Part shown: positions 1 through 9,714 of the stretch, in pieces
How positions within the stretch are numbered: position 1 is the first letter of the stretch
How the letters are laid out: every line of letters begins with the position of its first letter
Source of the DNA: Dyella sp.
Lineage (GTDB): Bacteria; Pseudomonadota; Gammaproteobacteria; Xanthomonadales; Rhodanobacteraceae
NCBI RefSeq assembly: GCF_036746095.1
Contig: NZ_DAIOEU010000016.1
Span: 3,707-67,706 of the forward strand
Reading direction: 5' to 3'
Length of the DNA: 64,000 nucleotides
The notes under the pieces: model-generated
Told to the model about the DNA's origin: nothing
Seen by the model: the letters and a program-made list of their open reading frames with translations, nothing else
Databases searched by the model: none
Made by a program: the position numbers and the translations under genes

Positions 1-515
1 TCGCACGCATCAGTCGTTTGGTTGCCATATCGCTGATCGCCTGGTCTGCTTCGACATTTGCTGCAGCGCCGATGAACACCTCCCCTTTAGCCGGCACATG
101 GACCTTGGTTGCCGCTGACGTGTTGCATGCAGACGGCTCGCGCACCTCCGACTTCGGCGTGAATCCGAAGGGCGTCTTGCTTATCGACGGTCAAGGACGC
201 TACTCGCTGCAAATCTTCCGCGCGGATCGTCCGCGCTTCAGCGCAGGCGACAAGGCGAAGGGCAGCGAGGCCGAATACAAGGCAGCCGTGATGGGTTCCA
301 GCACGCACTTCGGCACGGTGCGTGTGGACGCGGAAAGCGGAGAATTGATCTTTCATATCGACGGCGCGTCGTTTCCCAATTGGGAAGGGCAGGAGCAGCA
401 TCGGCACTATGAATTGAAGGATGGCGTGTTGAGCTATCGCGTGCCGCCGCGTCCGAATGGCGATGTGCCGGTGTCGGTGTGGAAGCGTGTCGAAGAAGGC
501 GCCGATAGTCATTGA
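1..515 (+). CDS. lipocalin-like domain protein (secreted); 5' end probably lies outside the window
   Basis: ORF 18..515. The frame stays open back to nt 3. It has a signal-peptide-like 'LVAISLIAWSASTFAAAP'. The segment 'AGTWTLVAADVLHADGS...GVLLIDGQGRYSLQIF' resembles the bacterial lipocalin-like domain. Confidence 0.6.
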   Translation, partial: ARISRLVAISLIAWSASTFAAAPMNTSPLAGTWTLVAADVLHADGSRTSDFGVNPKGVLLIDGQGRYSLQIFRADRPRFSAGDKAKGSEAEYKAAVMGSSTHFGTVRVDAESGELIFHIDGASFPNWEGQEQHRHYELKDGVLSYRVPPRPNGDVPVSVWKRVEEGADSH

Positions 516-664
516 GTCCGCGTAGGCTGGGGTGCAGACCCAGCCTCATGGCGACGGAGCGCCGTTGCCACAGTTCTGTCATACCTGTTCCGTAGTGTCG
601 GCTGGATGACTCTCCAGAGCCTCAGCCAATATCTTGAGCCCAGTGGCAGGCAGGCGAACCCCCG

Positions 665-2314
665 ATGACGGTCACACGGCGTGATTTTCTGCGTAGTGCC
701 GGCGCCATCGTCGGCGCCTGTGCGCTAGGCGATGCGTGGCGCATGGCGAAGGCCGGCACCGCGCCGATGTCGATGCCCATGCGCACCACCGCTGCGACCT
801 TGGCTGCACCCAAGGTGCCACTGATCAACCCGACCTCGCTTGCGCGATTTGTCGATCCGCTGCCCATCCTGGCCATTGCGCACGCGACGGAACAGCGCGC
901 CGATCCGATGCGTCCGGGACGCACGCTGCCGTATTACCGGATCGAGATGCGAGCATGCAAAGTGCGCCTGCACCGCGATATTCCACTGACACCGTTGTGG
1001 GGTTACCAGGGCCAGTTTCCCGGCCCTACCATCGAAGCACGACGCGATGAGCCGCTGTTGATCGAATGGGTGAATGCGTTACCGCAACAGCATTTCCTCC
1101 CGATTGACCATACCCTGCACGGCGCGGAAAAAGACAAACCCGACGTACGCGCGATCACGCATGTGCACGGCGCGCGCGTGCCGGCCAAGGCGGATGGTTT
1201 TCCGGAAGACTGGTATACGCCCGGCCATGCCGCGCTGTATCGCTATCCCAACGGTCAGGATGCCGCCACGCTGTGGTACCACGATCATGCCATGGGCATT
1301 ACGCGGCTCAACATCTATGCCGGCTTGTTTGGCGCCTACATCGTGCGTGATACGCAAGAACAAGCGCTCAATCTGCCTTGGGGTGATTACGACATTCCGT
1401 TGATGCTCTGCGATCGGCTGGTTGCCCAAGACGGACAGCTCTACTATCCCGTGTCGGATGACGCCGATGCACCGTGGGTCATGCAGTGCCTCGGCAATCT
1501 CGTGCTGTGCAACGGCAAGGTCTTTCCTTATCTGGACGTCGAACCGCGTCGCTATCGGTTTCGCTTGATCAATGTCGCCAACACGAGCTTCTTCGATTTG
1601 TCGCTGTCGCATGATCAAGCCATGCAGCAGATCGCCAGCGATCAAGGCTTGCTGGCGGGCCCGCTGGAACGCATGCGCGTCGAGCTGTATCCCGCCGAGC
1701 GCGCGGACGTGGTGATCGACTTCGCCAGCTTTGCCGGCAAGTCCTTGCAATTGCGGCACGCGTCCCAAGGCATTCTGGAGTTTCGTGTGGGCGCTGCAAG
1801 CCGCCGCGATACATCCACCTTGCCGATGGTGCTGCGTCCGGTAACGCGCATCGATCCGACCACGGCCGTGCACGATCGCATCCTTACGCTCAATGAAAGC
1901 GACGACGCCAACGGCAACGCCATGAAGATGCTGCTCGATGGCAAGCGCTGGTCCGATCCGGTCACCGAGAATCCGCGCCAGAACAGCATCGAAACCTGGA
2001 GTTTCGTCAACCTTACCGGCGATGCGCATCCGATCCACCTGCATCTGGTGCGCTTCCAGGTGATCGATCGACGGCCATTCGATCTGTTCGCGTGGAATGC
2101 GCATCGCAAGCTGGTATTTACCGGGCCACCTATTGCGCCAGAACCGCAAGAACTCGGCTGGAAAGATACGGTACGCGCCGACTCCGGCATGGTCACGCGC
2201 ATCGCCATGCGCTTCGAAGGCGAGCCTGGCCGCTACGTTTGGCATTGCCACCTTCTCGAGCACGAAGACAACGAAATGATGCGGCCGTACGAGGTATTGC
2301 CCGCGCATTCGTAA
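665..2314 (+). CDS. multicopper oxidase (CotA/bilirubin-oxidase-like), TAT-exported
   Basis: Twin-arginine signal 'MTVTRRDFLRSAGAIVGA'. Copper-ligand motifs are present: 'HVHGA', 'WYHDHAMG', 'HPIHLHLV' and 'HCHLLEHEDNEMM'. Confidence 0.9.
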   Translation: MTVTRRDFLRSAGAIVGACALGDAWRMAKAGTAPMSMPMRTTAATLAAPKVPLINPTSLARFVDPLPILAIAHATEQRADPMRPGRTLPYYRIEMRACKVRLHRDIPLTPLWGYQGQFPGPTIEARRDEPLLIEWVNALPQQHFLPIDHTLHGAEKDKPDVRAITHVHGARVPAKADGFPEDWYTPGHAALYRYPNGQDAATLWYHDHAMGITRLNIYAGLFGAYIVRDTQEQALNLPWGDYDIPLMLCDRLVAQDGQLYYPVSDDADAPWVMQCLGNLVLCNGKVFPYLDVEPRRYRFRLINVANTSFFDLSLSHDQAMQQIASDQGLLAGPLERMRVELYPAERADVVIDFASFAGKSLQLRHASQGILEFRVGAASRRDTSTLPMVLRPVTRIDPTTAVHDRILTLNESDDANGNAMKMLLDGKRWSDPVTENPRQNSIETWSFVNLTGDAHPIHLHLVRFQVIDRRPFDLFAWNAHRKLVFTGPPIAPEPQELGWKDTVRADSGMVTRIAMRFEGEPGRYVWHCHLLEHEDNEMMRPYEVLPAHS

Positions 2315-2523
2315 AGGGTGCGTCAATGTGCAGCGCAACCCATCACGTTTGTCGCACCACTGTCATCGCGCCATGACGCCTTGTCGCGTTGCTGCCAACG
2401 TTACGTCACATGCGAGGCGCAGACTTCCGGGCGGTCTGTGGGGGTAAGTCAGATACGCAGACCGTAATCAGGGGGATTACTCGATTGCAGGCGTTCGCGA
2501 GATGCCAGCAGGAGACACCAGCT

Positions 2524-4551
2524 ATGCCCACGAAGTATGGCCGTACCCGGTTCAAGCCCTTTGTGCTTTGCGCGCTCGTCACCAGCCTCGTCGGCGTGGC
2601 GAATGCGCAGAACACCGATCGATCCAATGACGCAACATTCCGCGCCAACGTACCTGCCGCCGCCATCAAGCCCGTAAGCGGCCAACCCGGCGGCGCCATT
2701 ACGCTCTACAACCCGGATGCCGCGGACGCGAGCAGCCGCACCCGCACGCCGATCAAGCATGTGATCCTGCTGATTGGGGAAAACCGCACTTTCGATCACG
2801 TGTTCGCCACCTACACGCCGCCGAAAGGGCAAAGCGTCGAGAACCTGCTATCCGAAGGCGTCGTGAAAGCCGACGGCACGCCCGGCCCTAACGTGGCCAG
2901 GGCGCAGCAGTGGCAGGCGAGCCAGACCGGCGACTATTCGCTCGCGCCCCCGCACACCAGCGCGTATGCCAACCTGCCGGCGATGAACACCGGCGGTGCG
3001 CCGACCCAGGCGTATCTTTCGTCGGTTGCGCAAGCCGAAGCGATCGAACCGGCTTTGCCGGCGAATTACTATCCCTTCCTCGCCGAAGGTGGTACGGGGC
3101 TACCGAACGACGTGCAAGACACGCGCTTCCCCACCACGCTGCCGAATGCGCCGGTCGATATGCACGCCTCGATCAGCTACAACGACTACGCCAACAGTCC
3201 GGTGCACCGCTTCTTCCAGATGTGGCAGCAGCTCGATTGCAATATGAACCATGCGACATGGAAAAACCCAAGCGGTTGCCGCGCGGACCTGTTCCCGTGG
3301 GTGGAAGTGACCATGGGCGCCGGCAACAACGGCAAGACGCAGCCGGCCAATTTCACGGACCAATCCACCGGCGAAGGTTCCACCTCCATGCAGTTCTTGA
3401 ACATGGCGCAGGGTGATGCGCCGTATTTCAAGCAACTGGCCGAGCAATACGCGCTCAGCGACAACTTCCACCAGTCGGTGATGGGCGGCACGGGCGCCAA
3501 CCACATCATGCTGGGTTTCGGCGATCTGATCTATTACGCAGATGCCAACGGCAATCCCGTCGCGCCGCCGTCCAACCAGGTCGAAAACCCGAACTCGCAA
3601 TCGGGTACCAACAACTGGTGGGAGCAGGATGGCTATAGCGGCGGTTCTTACGTGAATTGTGCGGACGACAGCCAGCCCGGCGTCGGCGCCGTGCGCAAGT
3701 ATCTCAAGAGCCTGCCGTATGACGCCTTCCGCCATGGTGATTGCAAGAAAGGTGCGTACTACCTGGTGAACAACTACAACCCCGGCTACCTGGGCGATGG
3801 CACGCCCGCACCGCTGGGCGCCGACCAGTTCACCATTCCGCCGACCCGGCAGCAGAACCTTGGTTTGCTGCTCTCGCGTAAACACGTCAGCTGGAAGTAC
3901 TACGGCGAAGGCTGGGACGGCGGCAAGGAAGACGGCGAAGCCGGCAGCTTCTGCAACATCTGCGATCCGTTCCTGTATTCCACGCAGATCATGACCAACC
4001 CGGCCCTGCGTGCGCACAACCAGGACCTCAACAACCTCTATAGCGACATCCAGAACGGCACCCTGCCGGCCGTAGCCATCGCCAAGCCGGATGGACTGCT
4101 GGACGGCCATCCAGCCTCGTCCAAGCTGGAGCTGTTCGAAGGCTATGCGCAGAAGATCATCGACGCGGTGAAGGCCAATCCGAAGCTATGGGACAACACC
4201 GCCATCATGATCACCTTCGATGAAGGTGGCGGCTACTACGACTCCGGCTACGTGCAGCCGATCGACTTCTTCGGCGACGGCACACGCATTCCGCTGATCG
4301 TGGTGTCGAAGTACTCGCAGGGTGGCCGCGTGGTGCATACGTACGGCGATCACGTGTCTTTCGACAAATTCGTGGAAGCGAACTGGGACCTGGACGAAAC
4401 CATCTCCCATCGCAGCCGCGACAACCTGCCCAACCCGATCTCGCTGCCCAGCAACCCGTATGTGCCGCTCAACGCACCGGCCATCGGCGACCTGATGGAC
4501 ATGTTCAATTTTCATCGCCATTGGGATGGCGACAGTACCGCGCGAAACTGA
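2524..4551 (+). CDS. phosphoesterase family protein (phospholipase C / AcpA acid phosphatase type), secreted
   Basis: The internal ATG at 2524 gives the signal peptide 'MPTKYGRTRFKPFVLCALVTSLVGVANA'. 'IKHVILLIGENRTFDHVFATY' and 'ITFDEGGGYYD' are hallmarks of the phosphoesterase family. Confidence 0.85.
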   Translation: MPTKYGRTRFKPFVLCALVTSLVGVANAQNTDRSNDATFRANVPAAAIKPVSGQPGGAITLYNPDAADASSRTRTPIKHVILLIGENRTFDHVFATYTPPKGQSVENLLSEGVVKADGTPGPNVARAQQWQASQTGDYSLAPPHTSAYANLPAMNTGGAPTQAYLSSVAQAEAIEPALPANYYPFLAEGGTGLPNDVQDTRFPTTLPNAPVDMHASISYNDYANSPVHRFFQMWQQLDCNMNHATWKNPSGCRADLFPWVEVTMGAGNNGKTQPANFTDQSTGEGSTSMQFLNMAQGDAPYFKQLAEQYALSDNFHQSVMGGTGANHIMLGFGDLIYYADANGNPVAPPSNQVENPNSQSGTNNWWEQDGYSGGSYVNCADDSQPGVGAVRKYLKSLPYDAFRHGDCKKGAYYLVNNYNPGYLGDGTPAPLGADQFTIPPTRQQNLGLLLSRKHVSWKYYGEGWDGGKEDGEAGSFCNICDPFLYSTQIMTNPALRAHNQDLNNLYSDIQNGTLPAVAIAKPDGLLDGHPASSKLELFEGYAQKIIDAVKANPKLWDNTAIMITFDEGGGYYDSGYVQPIDFFGDGTRIPLIVVSKYSQGGRVVHTYGDHVSFDKFVEANWDLDETISHRSRDNLPNPISLPSNPYVPLNAPAIGDLMDMFNFHRHWDGDSTARN

Positions 4552-4564
4552 GTAAGCTCCCGCA

Positions 4565-4600
4565 CATGCCCTGCCTGCCACGCAGGCAGGACATGTTTTT
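4565..4600 (+). terminator. rho-independent terminator after the phosphoesterase gene
   Basis: The stem 'catgccctgcctg' / 'caggcaggacatg' has one mismatch and a 5-nt loop. A T5 run (4596-4600) follows. It starts 14 nt after the stop codon. Confidence 0.6.
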
Positions 4601-4621
4601 CCAATCTTAGTGATGTGAACG

Positions 4622-5071
4622 ATGAGCCTGCTAGCATGCTCCACCGGTTATCTCAGTCGTTGGTCCAATCCCGTGGCCGCTTTGATGCTGATCAGCGCAT
4701 CTACCGTCGTCAGTAGCGGCGCACACGCTGATCCGGCCGATTTCCAGGCCATGCCCGGCCTGTGGAAAATCACCGTGCACACGCTCCAGGACGGCAAGGA
4801 GCAGGTGAAATGGAAGTGCCTTTACGATGGCGCCGATCCCTGGACGACGTTTGCTGACAGCGTCGAGCCGCAAGCCAATTGCCAACGCAGCGCGGAACAT
4901 CGCACCAGCACCGCATTGGCATGGCAAGTCAGCTGCGACGCGCACAAGGGCATGGCGCACGTGCAGCTGGATTCTGCCCAGCATTACGCCGGCAAGGTGG
5001 TGCTGGATGGCAAGCAGGTGCTGGCTATTGAAGGCCAGCGTGTGGCGGCATGCACGGGACCTGCCGACTGA
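4622..5071 (+). CDS. small secreted/lipoprotein-like hypothetical protein (DUF3617-like)
   Basis: Hydrophobic N-terminus, four Cys residues, and 'MPGLWKITVHT' typical of DUF3617-type proteins. The family assignment is from memory only. Confidence 0.5.
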   Translation: MSLLACSTGYLSRWSNPVAALMLISASTVVSSGAHADPADFQAMPGLWKITVHTLQDGKEQVKWKCLYDGADPWTTFADSVEPQANCQRSAEHRTSTALAWQVSCDAHKGMAHVQLDSAQHYAGKVVLDGKQVLAIEGQRVAACTGPAD

Positions 5072-5245
5072 TCACTCAGAAGTTGCCCTCCTTGTAGCCG
5101 TCGCGTTTTCACGTTTCCACGACATCCCCGGGCTCAAGTTACGCCGCGATGGAGCGTTGGATGGCTGTCCGGGCCAGCGTCACGCCGGACATCGTGCACG
5201 GGCGCAATGCCCGTGTGAGGACGACCGACAGAGGGGGTACAACAT

Positions 5246-6592
5246 ATGCTTTTCGCCAAAGGCGTAAAGGCCGGTGCCGTTGCGGCGCTGGTCGTAACAA
5301 GTGCTGTGGTCAATGCGGGTACCTTTCCGGATTACGGCTATCAACCGCCGGCGACGTACAAAGGGCCGCTGTTCCAGCTGAGTCAGAATTATCCGGCGAC
5401 GCTGCCGAGCGGACCGGTGCCGGCATTCTTCAAGCTGCTGCCCGCCAAGCTCACCAACAATTTCGAGCAGTGGCGACCATACGTGGAAGCGGTCAAGCAG
5501 TACTGCCTGGAAGGCAACGTCGAAAACGATTGGTACGTGCAGAAGAACACGATCCGCCATTGGTATCACGCACCGTGGCAGCACTACGGGCCGCTGGGAC
5601 GTGAAGGCATTCATGGGCTAACCAAGGAAGCACAGATCCAGTCCAGGCAGCTTGCACCCACACAAATCGCCACGGGTCAGACGTTTGCGGTGGGCATCTA
5701 CAACGACGTTGGCGGCTACACCATCGGCCAGGTGTGGAAGAACCCGCAGGACCCCGATCCCGCTGTCACATCCAAGCCAAACAGCTTTCATGACGGCACG
5801 GTGGTGTGCAAAGCATTGTTCGCGGACATCGATCTCAAGCAAGTACCTTTCCTCGTCAATCCCGTGTTGTGGCAAGCCTATGTCACCGACAGTTTTGACT
5901 CGGCCAACCGCGAGATCAAGAATGTCGCCCTTATCCAGATGGATTTCGCCGTACGTGACAGCCGCGTACCGGGCACGGGCTGGATCTTCGGCACCTTCCA
6001 ATACAACGGCGCGGTCACCGGCAAACCGGGCTGGGACAACCTCGTGCCGGTGGGTGTGATGTGGGGCAACGATCCGCAAAACAACCGCAACGACTACACC
6101 AACAAGCAACCTACCGTAACCAGGATCAATCCAACGATTACGGAGTCGGCGATCAACGCGCGTCCTGAACTGCCGCCTACGCATCTGGGCTGGAATGGGC
6201 GCCTCAATGGTCCGGTGGACAATCCGGTCAGCTCATGCATGAGTTGCCATATGACCGGGGAAAGTCCGCAGCTTTCGCCAATGAATCCCACCTTCCAGGC
6301 GCCGGACAAAATACCGCCCGTAGGTTCGAAAGAATGGATGCGCTGGTTCCAGAACGAAGAAGCTGGCGTGCCGTTCGACGCGGCAGCGCTCAGCACCGAC
6401 TACAGCCTGCAGCTTGCTGGAGGCATCGCCAACTTCTACGACTGGAAATGTGACCAGGGCGGCGTATTCGTAGGTGGCGGCAATGCCTGCCAGCAGGCGC
6501 GCAACTTCCACCTCAAGTTGCTGAAATCGGCCACGCCGCCGGCCAAGGTGTTCAAGGTGGAGCGCGATCCGGCGCTTAACGAAATTCATTGA
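5246..6592 (+). CDS. secreted hypothetical protein with a single CxxCH haem-binding motif
   Basis: RBS 'gaggggg' upstream of the ATG. Signal-like 'AGAVAALVVTSAVVNAG'. 'NPVSSCMSCHMTGES' lies near the C-terminus. I recognise no named family. Confidence 0.6.
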   Translation: MLFAKGVKAGAVAALVVTSAVVNAGTFPDYGYQPPATYKGPLFQLSQNYPATLPSGPVPAFFKLLPAKLTNNFEQWRPYVEAVKQYCLEGNVENDWYVQKNTIRHWYHAPWQHYGPLGREGIHGLTKEAQIQSRQLAPTQIATGQTFAVGIYNDVGGYTIGQVWKNPQDPDPAVTSKPNSFHDGTVVCKALFADIDLKQVPFLVNPVLWQAYVTDSFDSANREIKNVALIQMDFAVRDSRVPGTGWIFGTFQYNGAVTGKPGWDNLVPVGVMWGNDPQNNRNDYTNKQPTVTRINPTITESAINARPELPPTHLGWNGRLNGPVDNPVSSCMSCHMTGESPQLSPMNPTFQAPDKIPPVGSKEWMRWFQNEEAGVPFDAAALSTDYSLQLAGGIANFYDWKCDQGGVFVGGGNACQQARNFHLKLLKSATPPAKVFKVERDPALNEIH

Positions 6593-6741
6593 TCGAAAAG
6601 CAGATGCCGAGCTGGGCGCGTGCGCTCAGCTCGGCACGCTTATGTGCAATATCCGATTTGCGCAGTGCGTTGCCGAAGCTGTCGCGCATAGTGCTTCCAT
6701 GCGACACTGGTGTCATCGCCGAACCACAAGGGGAATGTGGC

Positions 6742-7035
6742 GTGCAAATTCTCACGCTGGAACATTTTGCCAGCCGCATCAACGAAACCTTTACCGTAGA
6801 CCTTGGCCACGGCAAATCGCCGTTCGTATTGGTCGAAGCACGGCCATTGCCAGCCGCGGCCGTGCCCGGCATGGTGCGTGCGCCGTTCTCGCTGTTGTTC
6901 CATCACACCTCAGCGGTGTTGTTTCCGCAGCGCATTTATCAGATGGAAAATCCGGGGGTCGGCGACTTCGGCATCTTCCTGGTGCCGGTGGCGCGCAATC
7001 AGGACGGATTTGTCTATCAGGCAGTGTTCAATTGA
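6742..7035 (+). CDS. small hypothetical protein (about 97 aa)
   Basis: A GTG at 6742 is preceded by 'aagggga' at suitable spacing. The ORF track offers a longer TTG start at 6589. Protein-like composition: 'ILTLEHFASRINETFTVDLG...FLVPVARNQDGFVYQAVFN'. The 3' end overlaps the convergent GNAT gene by 19 nt. Confidence 0.45.
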   Translation: MQILTLEHFASRINETFTVDLGHGKSPFVLVEARPLPAAAVPGMVRAPFSLLFHHTSAVLFPQRIYQMENPGVGDFGIFLVPVARNQDGFVYQAVFN

Positions 7036-7586
7036 ACGTCGCCGCCTGGGACGCGCCAGCGCATGAGTTGATGAAAACCTTCCAGGGATTCATCGCGAAA
7101 ACCTAATCTTCGATAAAGATGATGGGCTCGAACATTGCGTTGCTCCACATGCAGCGCCACGCTGCATGCTCCGTTTCGTTGCGCTGCTGCAAGCAACTGC
7201 GTCAAAAGCGCGCTGCCCAAACCTTTTCCGCGATAGGCCGGCATAAGTCCGATGTCGATCACCAACCAATCTGCTTTTTGGCGCGAAACATAAAGACGGC
7301 CAATCGGTTCGTTTTGGTATTCCAGGATCAGGAATTCAGCGTCGGCGAAGTAATGCACAAAATGCCGGTGCTGTAACGCAAATTGGCTATCAAGGAATGC
7401 AGCCATGGCGCCATCGGGCCATTCGACGAGAGCCAGTTCTTCAGCGCGCGAACACGCATAAAGCGCTCGCAAGAACACACCATCACTTTCCGCCACCCAG
7501 CGCAGGGTGTAGCCCTCACGCCGGAGCTGTGGCGGTAGTTCAGTGGCAAAGATCTGCTTGGGCGGAAACGCAGCAAGTGTCTGCAC
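7017..7586 (-). CDS. GNAT family N-acetyltransferase
   Basis: Acetyl-CoA binding core 'IGLMPAYRGKGLGSALLTQLLAAAQRNGACSVALHVEQRNVRAHHLYRRLGF'. Confidence 0.85.
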   Translation of the reverse strand: MQTLAAFPPKQIFATELPPQLRREGYTLRWVAESDGVFLRALYACSRAEELALVEWPDGAMAAFLDSQFALQHRHFVHYFADAEFLILEYQNEPIGRLYVSRQKADWLVIDIGLMPAYRGKGLGSALLTQLLAAAQRNGACSVALHVEQRNVRAHHLYRRLGFRDESLEGFHQLMRWRVPGGDVQLNTA

Positions 7587-7668
7587 GTGACGGAATACAT
7601 CAGGTCAGAGCACGCAACAGGCTGGAGCGATGGGGTCGCGGAGCCGGCCTGCTGCGTGCCCAAAAGCA

Positions 7669-8196
7669 TCAAGAAAACTGCGGATAGGCGCCGTTCAAGG
7701 CGATGCAGAAGTTCACGGCGAGAAAAGGCTGGCGATTTTCGTGCGGCTGATTGCCGCCGTAGGTACTCATCGCGGTGGGTAGCAGCGTGGTATTGGGCTG
7801 CTGATTGTTGTTGTAGTCCTCGAACAGGCCAGAGCTGGTCAGCGCCGCATTGGCAGCAGGCTGCGATGAGCGCGTACCGGTGCCACCAAACCCTTGTGCC
7901 GAATGGATATGCATAGGCATCTCGTTGGTTATCAACGTATGCGCCGCTTCGCCGAACGCCTCTCCGATGACGCGTTGCGACAACCCCAGTCCCGTGCCCT
8001 GGCTACACGGCGCACGCGTGGTCAGGTTGGGCAATTGGAATGTGGTCGTCCCGTTGCCGCCGTAAGCGGTGCCAAGCAAGGAATAGAGCGTCGAGTATTG
8101 CGAGACATTCAAGGTCGCGCCGTTGCACAGGGCCCAACCAACGGGCGCAAAGCTGAAACCGAAGACTTGTACTTCGCCAACAAAAGGTGTGGTCAT
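7669..8196 (-). CDS. phage tail collar domain protein (MdpB-like), paralogue A
   Basis: 'MTTPFVGEVQVFGFSFAPVGWALCNGATL...LLGTAYGGNGTTTFQLPNL' with a C-terminal '...NRQPFLAVNFCIALNGAYPQFS'. Confidence 0.85.
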   Translation of the reverse strand: MTTPFVGEVQVFGFSFAPVGWALCNGATLNVSQYSTLYSLLGTAYGGNGTTTFQLPNLTTRAPCSQGTGLGLSQRVIGEAFGEAAHTLITNEMPMHIHSAQGFGGTGTRSSQPAANAALTSSGLFEDYNNNQQPNTTLLPTAMSTYGGNQPHENRQPFLAVNFCIALNGAYPQFS

Positions 8197-8225
8197 GCCG
8201 TTCTCCGAATAAGCTTGCGCAGTTG

Positions 8226-8759
8226 TCAGCTCTGTGAGGGGAAAATCCCTTCCCAGGCAATGCAGAAAGACAGCGTCAACGTAGGCATGAGGTTGTTGTG
8301 CGGCAGATTTCCGCCCGACTGCCCGATCATGTTTGCGGCCATGGGGTCGACTGTAGGTGTTCCGCTAATGTTTTGCAGATAAAGATGGTCGCTGGGCAAG
8401 GTGCCAGGTTGCACCGTCGCGCCCGGCGATACAGCGCTCGCGGCGTTGGTGGTAACCATGAAATTATGGTTGTGCGCCGGCATCTGGCTGCTCAGCAAGG
8501 TGACATTTTCACTGCCGCCCACTTGGCCGAGCACGCGGGGCGTCAGACCCAGGCCGGTACCCTGGTGCAGCGGCGCCTGGCCGCGCAGATCCGGCAGCGC
8601 AAAGGTGTTTACGCCATCGCCGCCGTAAGTGGTGCCGAGCAAGGTATACAGCACCTGGTAATTGGCGATGGACTGCAGGCTGCCATCGCAGGCCATCCAG
8701 CCGGTGGGGATGCGTTGGAATGCGAATAGGCGTATTTCGCCGACGTAAGGTGTCGTCAC
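8226..8759 (-). CDS. phage tail collar domain protein (MdpB-like), paralogue B
   Basis: 'MTTPYVGEIRLFAFQRIPTGWMACDGS...LLGTTYGGDGVNTFALPDLRG' with a C-terminal '...LMPTLTLSFCIAWEGIFPSQS'. Confidence 0.85.
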   Translation of the reverse strand: MTTPYVGEIRLFAFQRIPTGWMACDGSLQSIANYQVLYTLLGTTYGGDGVNTFALPDLRGQAPLHQGTGLGLTPRVLGQVGGSENVTLLSSQMPAHNHNFMVTTNAASAVSPGATVQPGTLPSDHLYLQNISGTPTVDPMAANMIGQSGGNLPHNNLMPTLTLSFCIAWEGIFPSQS

Positions 8760-8798
8760 GTTGGTTCTCCTCCCGAAAACGAATGAGTCATCAAGCCA

Positions 8799-9338
8799 TC
8801 AGCTGCGTGATGGATATATGCCGGTGAGAGCGATATTGAAATTGATGACGCGAAACGGCTGCATATTGCTGTGCGGGCCGGATCCACCCGTCATGCCGAT
8901 GGTTGCGGGATAGAGCGGGACGGTGTTGGTGCCCCCGGCTGCGAATACCGGAATGGTGGTGTTGTTGCTCGTACCCAAAAGCGCATTCGTCGGGATCTTG
9001 CTGTTGCCCGTGCCAGTGGTCGCGTTGACCGGATGGGTATGCATCGGTAGCTGCGTACCCGTAAGAGTGACTGACTCCACGCCACCTACTTCCCCGATCG
9101 TATAAGGAGATGGCTGCCAACCCGGATCCGCCGAAGGACCGCTGCCCGTAGGCGTGCGCCCCCGCAGATCGGGCAATTGAAAGTTAGTCGTACCGTTGCC
9201 GCCGTATTGCACGCCGAGCAACGAAAACAGTGCTGTGTTTTGTTGAACGGGCAAGAGCTGCCCGTTGCATAGTGCAAAACCGCGTTGGGCAAAACCAAAG
9301 CCGGTCATCATGATCTGACCGATATAAAATTCCGACAT
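8799..9338 (-). CDS. phage tail collar domain protein (MdpB-like), paralogue C
   Basis: The internal ATG at 9338 follows the RBS 'gggggaag'. 'MSEFYIGQIMMTGFGFAQRGFALCNGQ...LLGVQYGGNGTTNFQLPDLRG' with a C-terminal '...MQPFRVINFNIALTGIYPSRS'. I reject the longer ORF to 9494. Confidence 0.85.
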   Translation of the reverse strand: MSEFYIGQIMMTGFGFAQRGFALCNGQLLPVQQNTALFSLLGVQYGGNGTTNFQLPDLRGRTPTGSGPSADPGWQPSPYTIGEVGGVESVTLTGTQLPMHTHPVNATTGTGNSKIPTNALLGTSNNTTIPVFAAGGTNTVPLYPATIGMTGGSGPHSNMQPFRVINFNIALTGIYPSRS

Positions 9339-9714
9339 GCGACTTCCCCCTGTTATGGATAGTTGCAATGCTTTGACACCGCGAGACGCCACGCTTGGGG
9401 CGAATGTCACGGTTGCGGCATATGTCCAGCGATGCCCTCGCTCCAGCAAACCCCTGCGAGGGCGCTCGAATGTTAGCCGTGCCCGGTCCGGCAAATGTGA
9501 TGAAACCGTGACGAAGATAACACTTGACTTGTAGGCATCTTGTCCACGACGTTATGCACCGTTGAGTGGGGCTTGCGAGCAGCAGCAGGCCAATTGCTCG
9601 AGCTTCGTGTTGTATTGGGGATTACAGGTTTTTTCTCGCTACGCGTCTATGCGCGGCATTAGCGCGTCCGCTTAGGCGCGCCAGGCGTTGTAGGTTGTCT
9701 CAGGGGTAGGGACC

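Noticed and set aside
2389-2523. The upstream 45 codons of the phosphoesterase ORF. Similar extensions occur at 8799..9494, 15243..18479, 22116..24206, 26986..28149 and 60072..63353.
   Set aside because: In each case an internal start gives a proper signal peptide or N-terminus and has an RBS. The extensions are compositionally aberrant or overlap regulatory RNA or neighbouring genes.
7669-9338. Whether the tail-collar genes mark a prophage or tailocin remnant, which would be a mobile element.
   Set aside because: No other phage-related gene, integrase, att-like repeat or tRNA lies within the flanking 10 kb, and the GC content looks native. I kept the locus as a finding but did not call it a mobile element.
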